A DNA stretch of 64,000 nucleotides from Macrostomum lignano (lineage: Eukaryota), in contig NIVC01000798.1 of assembly GCA_002269645.1 (NCBI GenBank), positions 159,867-223,866 on the forward strand, read 5' to 3'. A program made the translations under genes and the position numbers. A model generated the notes under the pieces. That model was given only the letters and a program-made list of their open reading frames with translations. It was not told the DNA's origin and ran no database searches. How positions within the stretch are numbered: position 1 is the stretch's first letter; each line of letters opens with the position of its first letter. Below are positions 54,360 to 64,000 of this stretch, one piece after another.

Positions 54360-57300
54360 GCATCGAGGCAGTCGCAGCTCCTCGTCAGGGCTAGCCGCCT
54401 TTGGTGCTGCACCGTCAGCCATGGCCACCCAGCAGCAGCCCTCGTCATCGTCTCAAGCAGCGGCCGCTTCTGACGCAGTCGCCGGTTCCGCCTCCACCCA
54501 AGCCGCTATGGACGGGCGCGCCGGCGCGAGCGGCGCCGGATCAGCCGAGGCCGGGGCTGCTGCTTCCGCCGCTAGCGCCTCCTCCGCGGGCGGCGCCACG
54601 TCTTCGTCCTCTCAGCCGGCGCCGCCCCAGGCGCCGAGAAGCTTCCGGTTCGGCTCCGCCGACGCCATGCTTTTGCACTGCGGATTATCCGACGGCACTC
54701 CGGAAGAATTGCAGCGGCTCGAACAGCTGCTCGAGTCCAACGCTTTCCTAGGCGCTCACATGCACCAGCTGGTGGCGTCCCGCCTGTCCACCGGTGCCGC
54801 CCAGCGGGCTCACCACCTGCTGCAGAGCCTCCAAGCTGCCGGCTCCGACCCCGAAGCCACGCTGCGCTGCCTGCACGATCTTCACCAGCTGCTTCTCATG
54901 GGCAACGAGGAGTCCTTAGCTGGCTTCCCGGCCAAAGCTGCCGTGCCGCTTATTGCCCAATGCCTGCCCTCGCCGTGCGTGCAGACCTGCTTCCTGGCCT
55001 GCCAGTGTCTCAACTGCCTGCTAGACCGGCTGCCCCGAAGCGCCTCCTGCGCTCTGGACGCCCTGCCCGCTCTGCTAGACAAATCCCAGCCGTTGGAAGT
55101 CATCGACGTTGCCGAGGCCGCTCTGTCGGCCGTGGAGCTGCTCTCCCGCCGTCACGGCCGCGCCGTACTGCAGGCCGGTGGCGTCTCCGCCTGTCTGCAG
55201 CACATTGACTTCTTCACCGCCGACATGCAGGCCCGTTCGCTGGCCGTGGTCGCCAACTGCTTCCAGCATGTCCGACCGGATGATTTTCATCTGGTGGCCG
55301 ACTGCCTGGCCCCGTTGGCCGAGCGGCTCCGCCTGCCCGATCAGCGCGTGGCGGAGCGCGTGGTTGCCTGCTTCGGCCGCCTGTTGGAGAGCTGCCAGTC
55401 CGATCGCGGCCTGCTGATGCGCGTGGCCAACCAGGGCTCCCTGCTGGCCAACCTGCAGCAGCTGCTCATGGCCGGCAGTCCCTGCGCTTTCCACACCGCC
55501 CTCCGCGCTCTGCGCACCGCCAGCGCCGCCTGTCCTGAGCTGGCCGTTCAGCTGCTTCGCGACGGATTGGCTGACAATCTTCGATACCTGCTAGCGCCTG
55601 CCGCCTCCGCCAGGTCCGCTTCGTCTGGCGACACTCTGGAAACTGTTCGCCTAATCTGCGAGCTCCTGCCGCCACTGCCCGGTCCGTCTTCATCCGCCGC
55701 TTCCGGCTCCTCGGCGGCTGCCGTTTCCGCCTCTTCCGCTTCTCTGTTAGCAGTGGACGCCGCTGCCGTTGGCGGCTTCTCCGTCTGTCCGTCCGGCCCC
55801 ACGGCCCAGTGGATGTGGCAGGACGACAAAGGCGGCTGGCGGGCGTACTCGCCGGACACTAGCCAGGCTATTGAGCAGGCCTACCAGACTGGGGAACAGC
55901 CCGAGCTGCCTGTTGTAGCCGCGGGTCGGACCTACCTTATTGACCTGGCCCGCGGAGAGCAGGTGAGCCCAATAGAGAGAGAATATGAGTTTTAATTATC
56001 ACTGTCGTTAGCTCAGTCCTCAATCTGGGCAAAACTTTACTCCAATTATTATTTTCAGATCAACGAAGAGACCGGCAACACGCGACCTGTGCAGCGGCGA
56101 CTCATCGACTCGCCGTCCGCTTCGCCTAGCGGCGCCGCTGCCGCCTCCGCCTCTGTTTCAACCACCGGAGCAGCCGCCTCTACTGCAGCCGAGGCCGGAC
56201 GCGACGCCCGCGCCGAGCTCATCGCCGAGGGCGGCGAGCTAGCGGCCCGCCTTGTAGAGACTCTCCTGCCGGCTCTGCTTGACACGTTCACCGATTCCAG
56301 CAGCCAGTCGGTCCGTCTGGCATGCCTGCAAGCCGTGCTCCGCCTGCTGTGCCACTGCGAGCCCGCGCTGCTCCGCCCGGCCATCAGTCCTCATAGTCTG
56401 GCCGGCTGCCTGGCCGGAATGCTGGCCGCTCAGGACCTGCGAGTTGTGGCCGGCGCCGTCCAGCTGGCCGGCTTGCTGTTGGCCCGCCTGCCCGATCTGC
56501 TCACCGTCAGCTTCCGTCGGCAGGGCGTGGTGCACGCGCTCGAGCGGATTGCCAACTGCTCGCATCCGCTCTTCCAGCAGCAGTCGGCACTGTCCACCGG
56601 CTCTTCTACGGCCGCCCACCCAGCTGCCCATCCGGCGTCATCTAGTGGAGGCTCGGCCACTGCGCCAACCACGCCAACAACTCCGACAACGCCGACAACC
56701 CCGGAGCCGGCCACCGCCGCTGCCACCGCCCGCCTAACCGACTTTCTTCGTCGCAGGAAAACGGCAGCCGCCGCGGCCGCCGCTTCGGCCAGTTCGGGCG
56801 CTTCCGCCCAGCCGGAGGAGGTCGCCTCAAGCGGTCGGGTGACTCGCAGCGGCCGCAGCGATGCCAGCGGCTCAACCCGCGCTAAATCTGGCCGCCTGGC
56901 CGCCCGAGCGCACAGCCTGTTCAGCCACCTGGCTCCATGGGCTCAGCGCCCGCCTCCGCCGCCGCCGTCGCGGCCCAGCCCAGCCGAGCAAGCGCAGGCC
57001 GCCGCCAGAGCCGGGGACCGGGTTCGAGCCTGGGCCAGGGAGCAGGCCGCCCGGCTCTGCCGTACTCACTTTGCCTCTCCGCTGCCCTCGGACCCGGCGG
57101 CCGCGGTGGCCAGACTAGGCCAGCTGGCGCAGTGCCTGCCGGACTCGCTGCCGGAGGTGGCCAGCCTGCTTAGCCAAGCGGATCTCAGCGCATTCGAGCT
57201 GCTGCACTGCGGCCTGCTGCCCGCTCTGCAGGCCTGCCTGTGTCCCCGGCCCCCAGCCTGTCAGGACAGGCCGCTGCGCGCATTCGCTACGGTATTTCTC

Positions 57301-60300
57301 CGCCTGCCCGACTGTCCGATGACGAAATCGACGGCTGTCGCCTCGGCTGCGGGGCCGCTGTCGCGGCTCGTGTCCCAGCTGCTGGCCTGCCTGCACCAGA
57401 CTGAATCATTCAGCGTGCGCGTGGCCGACGCCCGAGGCGGCGGCTCCCTGCTGAGCCAGCTGGGCTCGCATCAGCTGCGCTGCTTGCTGGTGCGGCATCC
57501 CGGCGCGCCTCCGCCGCAAGATCCGCACTCGGAGCCGGCCGGACCTGTCAAGGTTTCTCCATTTGTACTTTTAATTTGATTTATATTATAGTCTAACTAA
57601 TGTCAGCTATGTCAGAGCCTGAGTGTTATTTACACTACCCACCGCCTGCAGGTCGACCCGCTCGCTCTGGTGCACACTGTCGAGCGCTACCTCGCCGAAC
57701 GAATCGGCGATTCCGACGATGGCGAACCCGACGGCGGCAGCGGCAGCGGCAGCGGCGGCGGAGGCGATGGCGGCGCGGATGAGGACAGCTCCGGCACCGA
57801 GCCGGAGGACTCCGCCGAGCCAGTTGAACCTGCCGCATCTGCCAGCGCAGCGGCGGCCGCTCGGCGTCGTCGACGCCGCCGTCTCCGACTCCAGCTGCTG
57901 ATTGGCGACGCCGTGCTGCAGTCCAGCATGACTGTCCTGCAGGCTGTCCGCCTGCACAGCGCCGGCTGCAGCTCAGACAATCCGGACCCTCTGTCCGGCC
58001 TGGCCTCCGTGTGGGCCCGCACCCACACCATCTACTATCGGCCCGTGCCGTCAGCCGCTTCTGCCGCTGGCTCCAACACTCGCAGCCATGCTGGGCACCA
58101 ACAGCAGTCGCAGTCGCATCGCCGGTCTCGCGCCGCTACCGAAGGCTCCTCGCCAGCCGCATCGGCCATTTACAATGCCGCCACAGCCGCCGCCGCTGCC
58201 GCTAAGGCTGCCGCCGCTTCGCCGCTGCGGCATTATCAAGACCAGCAGGCTCTGCAGGCCATCTCCGGCCTCACCGACCCCTGCCGGTCTGTGCTGTCGC
58301 TCCTGTCTGTGCTGTACGGCCTCAACCTGCACTATTCAGCGCTATACAGCACCAGCTATTGCGAGGCCGATTCGCTGTTGCCGCCAGATGAGTTTGTGAG
58401 CGCCAAGCTGACGGCTAAAGTGGTCCGACAGCTGCAGGACCCGCTGGCTGTGCTCACTGGACAGGTGAGTTTGGGATAATTCCCGCTTCTCGTGATTAGC
58501 ATCCCCTCAATTCCCGCTTCTCGTGATTAGCATCCCCTCAATTCCCCTTCCCCATGATTAGCATCCCCTCAATTCCCCTTCCCCATGATTAGCATCCCCT
58601 CAATTCCCCTTCCCCATGATTAGCATCCCCTCAATTCCCCTTCCCCATAATTAGCATCCCCTCAATTCCCGCTCCCCATGATTAGCATCCCCTCAATTCC
58701 CCTTCCCCATAATTAGCATCCCCTCAATTCCCGCTCCCCATGATTAGCATCCCCTCAATTCCCCTTCCCCATAATTAGCATCCCCTCAATTCCCCTTCCC
58801 CATGATTAGCATCCCCTCAATTCCCCTTCCCCATAATTAGCATCCCCTCAATTCCCCTTCCCCATGATTAGCATCCCCTCAATTCCCCTTCCCCATGATT
58901 AGCATCCCCTCAATTCCCCTTCCCCATGATTAGCATCCCCTCAATTCCTCTTCCCCATAATTAGCATCCCCTCAATTCTGGCTACCATTCGCCACTCGCC
59001 CAGGTTCCCAACTGGGTCGGTCAGCTGGCCGCCGCTTGCCCCTTCCTGCTTGGCTTCGAGGCCCGGCACCTGCTGCTGTACGTGCTGCACTTCGACCGGG
59101 ACAGGGCGCTGCTCCGCCTGCAGGAGCTCAGCGGCGAGGCCAACTCTGGCCAGGAAGCCGGTGCCGGAGGCGCTGGCGCCGCTAACGCCGACTCCAGCCG
59201 GTCGGGTCGAGTGGTGCCAAAAGTGGAGAAACGCCGCCGGGTGATCAGCCGCAAAGATTTGCTCCGCTCGGCCGAGCGCGTACTGGAAGAGATGGGCCAC
59301 TCGCGGGCTATGCTGGAGATTAGCTACGAAGGCGAAGTTGGCACGGGCCTCGGGCCCACGCTGGAGTTCTACTCGCTGGTTAGCAGGGAATTCTGCCGCG
59401 CCGATCTGGGCATCTGGCGCTCCGGCCACGAGCAGCCGAACGGCCTTCTGTGCCCGCCGTGCGGCCTCTATCCGCGCCCAATGGCCCGCAGCGGGCACGG
59501 ACTCCAGCGGGCCAGGCAGAGATTCCGCACTCTGGGCCGGCTGATGGCCAAATCTGTGCTGGACTCGCGCAAACTCGATCTGGCTCTGTCGCCAGTGTTC
59601 TACCAGTGGCTGCTGGGGCAGGAGGGCCAACTGGGCTATCGGCAGCTGGCTTTGGTAGGTGTATTTTATTTAGCGAGTCAAATTTCTGAATATTCTTGAA
59701 AAATTAGGCACTCAAGTCGCCTTTGTACTTTAAAGGAGTTGAGTTTAAGACCCTTGCTTCACCCCGATTTCAATTTTAGGTCGATCAAGATCTGGCGCGC
59801 ACCTGGCGCCAACTAGCCCAGCTGGCGCTGCGCCGGCGCCAAATACTCGAAGACGCGTCGCACACGCCTGCCTCGCGCGAGCTGGCCCTCGGCGCGCTCA
59901 ACAATCTTGACGGCTGTCCGGTTGAAGAGCTCGGCCTGGACTTCACCTTGCCCGGCTATCCGGAACTCGAGCTGAACCGAGGCGGCCGGGACACCGTGGT
60001 CACCCTGGACCGCCTGGACGAGTACCTGGAGCTGGTGGCGCACTGGACCCTAGTGGAGGGAGTCCGCCGCCAGATGGAGGCTTTCATTGAAGGATTCGAG
60101 TCCGTGCTGCCGGCCTCGAATCTGCGGCTATTCCGGCCAGAGGAGCTCGAGCTCGTGTTCTGCGGCGCCCCTGCCGGCGCCGACGCCTGGGACTCGGCCA
60201 CGCTGGCCGAGGCTTGCCGGCCGGATCATGGATTCACGCTGGAGAGTCGAGCTATTCGACTGCTGTTCCAGCTGATGGCCGGCTTCGACCTCGGCCAGCG

Positions 60301-61349
60301 GCGCAGCTTCCTGCAGTTCGTGACTGGCTCGCCTCGGCTGCCGGTTGGCGGTGAGTGGCTCATCTAGTGGGGCTGTCAGTGGCTCATCTAGTGGGGCTGT
60401 CAGTGGCTCATCTAGTGGGGCTGTCAGTGGCTCATCTAGTGGGGCTGTCAGTGGCTCATCTAGTGGGGCTGTCAGTGGCTGACAGGGGGTGGCTCATCCC
60501 CCTGTCAGTGGCTCATCTAGTGGGGCTGTCAGTGGCTCATCTAGTGGGGCTGTCAGTGGCTCATCTAGTGGGGCTGTCAGTGGCTCATCTAGTGGGGCTG
60601 TCAGTGGCTCATCTAGTGGGGCTGTCAGTGGCTCATCTAGTGGGGCTGTCAGTGGCTCATCTAGTGGGGCTGTCAGTGGCTCATCTAGTGGGGCTGTCAG
60701 TGGCTCATCTAGTGGGGCTGTCAGTGGCTCATCTAGTGGGGCTGTCAGTGGCTCATCTAGTGGGCTGTCAGTGGCTCATCTAGTGGGGCTGTCAGTGGCT
60801 CATCTAGTGGGGCTGTCAGTGGCTCATCTAGTGGGGCTGTCAGTGGCTCATCTAGTGGGGCTGTCAGTGGCTGACAGGGGTGGCTCATCCCGCTGTCAGT
60901 GGCTCATCTAGTGGGGCTGTCAGTGGCTCATCTAGTGGATCATCTTAGAAATTAGATTTACACTTGTTTGTAGTGAAAAATGGCACACATTATTCTGCGT
61001 ATTCAAAAGAGGTATCGCTTTTGTGTTTACCCCATCTGAACCACGTGATTGACTGGTCGGTGGCTGGCCTAACACACGGTAATAAAATAAATAATATTGA
61101 TGAAGCAACAAACGCAGCTGATCATTGACGCTCCCCTGCCCACCCCCTACAGGCTGGCGCGCGCTGCACCCGCCCCTGACGGTGGTTGTGAAACGAGTAG
61201 AAGGCGAGGACAATCCGGACAGTTACCTGCCGTCGGCCACCACCTGCGTGAATTATCTGAAACTGCCAGACTATTCCAGCGCCGAGGTGATGCGAGCCAA
61301 GCTGCAGCAGGCGATGGAGGAGGGCCAGCTGGCGTTTCACCTCAGTTGA
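54360..61349 (+). CDS. TRIP12: TRIP12/Ufd4-type HECT E3 ubiquitin ligase core (ARM repeats, WWE, HECT): 54360..55962, 56059..57552, 57652..58464, 59004..59654, 59780..60350, 61153..61349
   Basis: [35 protein letters not shown] ([13 protein letters not shown]...YLIDL...[15 protein letters not shown]), [107 protein letters not shown] introns in consistent phase. ~1967 aa with the upstream exons. Confidence 0.96.
58480..58978 (+). repeat. 31-bp minisatellite (ATTAGCATCCCCTCAATTCCCCTTCCCCATG), ~16 copies, filling a TRIP12 intron
   Basis: GCATCC recurs at 58561 and 58592. The intron is 58465-59003. Confidence 0.95.
60351..60940 (+). repeat. 24-bp minisatellite (GTCAGTGGCTCATCTAGTGGGGCT), ~24 copies, starting at a TRIP12 donor site
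   Basis: Direct reading. 8-aa periodicity (AHLVGLSV). Confidence 0.95.
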
Positions 61350-61737
61350 GCCTGTTCTCTTACGCATCTGCCGGCAAAGTTTCCAAAATAATGTACTATT
61401 CGGCCTTTCAAATATATTTGCCTACTGTACTACTATCAGCTGCCCGTGTGTGCAGTAGCATATTGTGCAAACTAACTGCAGTTTAATTATTATTATTACC
61501 GGCTGTACTAAATTTTACCTGTGTGAAGACCCAATTGAATTTATTCGTTGCTTTCAAAACTTTTTTCTTCACTTCAGTTCTCTTGAATTATTGTTGTTAT
61601 ATTTGTGCTTTTTTCAAGAGAAAGACACTTTAAAGCAGTTCCCCTGTAGGTTTTTTAGTCTGGCATGCTAAAATTTCTGCGCTGACACACTTTATGTAAG
61701 ATTGTAAGGGTCTGTTACAGGGACTGACAAGCAGTTT

Positions 61738-61779
61738 TTAGGGTTAGGGTTAGGGTTAGGGTTAGGGTTAGGGTTAGGG
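61738..61779 (+). repeat. Interstitial telomeric repeat (TTAGGG)7
   Basis: Seven perfect TTAGGG units. Confidence 0.97.
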
Positions 61780-61784
61780 CCAGA

Positions 61785-62115
61785 TAGAGATAGAGATAGA
61801 GATAGAGAGCCAGATAAATCATCTAGCTCCAGGTGACACATGAGAGAGCAGAAGAGAGATCAGAGATCAGAGGAGAGTTGAGGGAGCAGAGGATAGATTA
61901 GAGGAGAGATTAGAGGAGAGATCAGAGATGAGAGAACAGAAGAAAGATGAAAGAACAGAGAAGAGTTGAGGGAGCAGAGGAGAGATGAGAGAGCAGATGA
62001 GATGAGAGAGCAAATGAGAGATGAGGGAACAGATGAGATGAGAGAGCAGAGGAGAGATCAGAGATCAGAGGAGAGATGAGAGAGCAGAGGAGATAAGAGA
62101 GCAGAGAAGAGACAC
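61785..62115 (+). repeat. GA-rich low-complexity repeat (GAGATGAGAGAGCAG)
   Basis: Direct reading. Confidence 0.85.
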
Positions 62116-63569
62116 AAACCTTGAGCGGGCCGGATTTTCCAATCCCTGATCTATTTTCCATCACATTCGATGCTGGATAAATATATTTATTAGCACTTTG
62201 TATTATCTCGACTGTACCATATGAGCAAACTATTATTTATTAAAATTTGTCAACAACAAGCACAGAAGCAACAAGCAGAAGCAACAACAAATCTGCAGCA
62301 ATATATCAAAACAACATCAGCTTCACCGCCCTCCATCAGGCGTGTCGCATTTACTGTTGTAATTTTTTTTCTGATTTTATGCTTCTTTCAACTCTCGTCC
62401 GCTTTCAGTTTCTGTTTACAGAGGTTTATAAAACTTGTCAGATTGTCGAAGCCAGTGCGGCTTTGTGTAGTTAACCCCCCCCCCCACATACCCAATAAGT
62501 TGGCTATCAATAAATGCCGTGCTGTCTACCTGTATACTGTCAGAATGAGCAGTGGAAATAATAGTTGGCGTTCGGCCCGATCCCTCATTATTATTATAAT
62601 TATCGAATCAGCCATTTATTTATTGATACCCCAATCGTTTGAAATTCCAATTTGTAAGCTGCTAAGTTTGTGTTTGATTTTCTCATTCTGTTATTTAATT
62701 ACTATCAATAATTATTCTCAATCACCCTCACCCAGAAGGTAATTGATGGTAATTAATGTCTTTCCTGTTTGAGGAGCCAATTAACTATTTCTCTCGCTCT
62801 ATATTTGTGTTTCATTCATATTATTAATGCTTTGCCGTGGACTGGTGATGTGGTTTATGCAATATTTATTATATTAGTATGTAATATTCGGTACAAAAAT
62901 TTCTGTTGCACCAGCCTCCTTGTCTGTTTTGGGCGATGCGCTCATCACTTGAATATATTCAGCTTAGAGTAGCCCCCTGCTTGTGCTCTTTTCAAGTACA
63001 TATATATATTATATCCATAATTATCAACAAGTGTAGTATCTAAAGTCCTGAATTGTAAATTTATTTGTTAATAAATACACTGAGAAAACAAGAATGAAAA
63101 ACACCGTAACCTTTTTGGTCATTCACACATAAACAAGCAAAACCCAAGTTTTATGCTGAAAAAAGCAATTAATTATCGGAAAGAACCATCTTATTGATAA
63201 AAAATGATGTCCAGGTAGCCTGGTGTTAAGTCAGCTTTCTTTGCTTTAAAGTGCATCTTTATTTGACGAATGAATCTACTTTCTATCTACTACTATGCTG
63301 CCATCAAAGCAGTAGCTTATATGTATGTTGCAACTTTTTAATACAGAATATCGCGTAATTTTTAACCAAAGTGTCTGGGCAGGCCGGATCACGTGACTGT
63401 CTAAATTGAACTTTTCGATTAGAGCTGCAATAGTACTCGTAAATATTGATCTCTTATCTCGAAGTCCCGTGGCATTAAAGTGCGCTGCAACAGTGGGGCG
63501 CTGCGTACATCTATTAGCCTTGTATATTTGAAGGCCAACAAGCGACATGTGATACTGCTATGGTGACTG

Positions 63570-63870
63570 TCCTACAGTACTGTTTACAGCTATCATTTCT
63601 ACTGTTCGAGGATCTTTTAAAGTTTTACTTGGCTGTCTGTATTGTACTGCGGTGTCTAAGGCTGTACCACACTGTAGGGTACTGGATGTCTATAGAAGTG
63701 AAACAGACTGTCTGTAGGGTACTGGATGTTCTCTACTGTAGAATGGTACCAGACTGTCTGTAACTGCGTGTCTCTATTCTGTAGAATCATGGTACCAGAC
63801 TGTCTGTATGGTAACTGGGTGGGCTCTGCAGAATAGGGAAGGCTACCAGAGTGTCTGTGGGGTGCTGGCC
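63570..63870 (+). repeat. Degenerate ~40-45 bp tandem repeat (CAGACTGTCTGTAGGGTACTGGATGT...)
   Basis: Recurrent GGTACCAGACTGTCTGTA and CTGTAGGGTACTGGATGT blocks. Confidence 0.65.
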
Positions 63871-64000
63871 CTGCTGGGTGTCTCTAGAAGGGTGGCAAAT
63901 TCTCTAAAGGGCACCAGGGGTGTTCAAATTGGTTGATAAATGGTAAATGGGATGATAAATGGTTGTCGGAGTCAGATGCTACGAGGTATATCATGACCTT

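Noticed and set aside
54234-60275. Many antisense or alternate-frame ORFs over TRIP12 (and over IFT80)
   Set aside because: Expected shadows of GC-rich coding sequence, with no independent motifs.

Overview
Eukaryotic (animal) genomic DNA with spliceosomal GT-AG introns. It looks like a lophotrochozoan, possibly a free-living flatworm such as Macrostomum, but that is an inference from gene style and repeats, not a database match. Five protein-coding genes can be assembled by hand: an NPY/NPF neuropeptide precursor (-, 2 exons), an otopetrin proton channel whose CDS lies in one exon (-), a 15-exon polypyrimidine-tract-binding protein (PTBP/hephaestus, +), IFT80 (-, 3 exons) and a TRIP12/Ufd4-type ARM-WWE-HECT E3 ligase (+, 10 exons including four short upstream exons the ORF track does not link). 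Introns and intergenic DNA hold MITE/foldback elements, two tRNA-derived SINE families, Tc1-like and hAT transposase relics, many distinct minisatellites and an interstitial (TTAGGG)7. The most interesting signals are: (1) a 34-nt PTB exon matching the vertebrate autoregulatory NMD exon; (2) inverted (GACA)n/(TCTG)n blocks with shared rare variants bracketing PTB exons 2-3; (3) a ~5 kb near CpG-free block between IFT80 and TRIP12 with hints of extra CpA->TpA decay; (4) intronic minisatellites built from splice-site-like units. No prokaryote-type system (CRISPR, operon) is present. All coordinates and counts are by eye.
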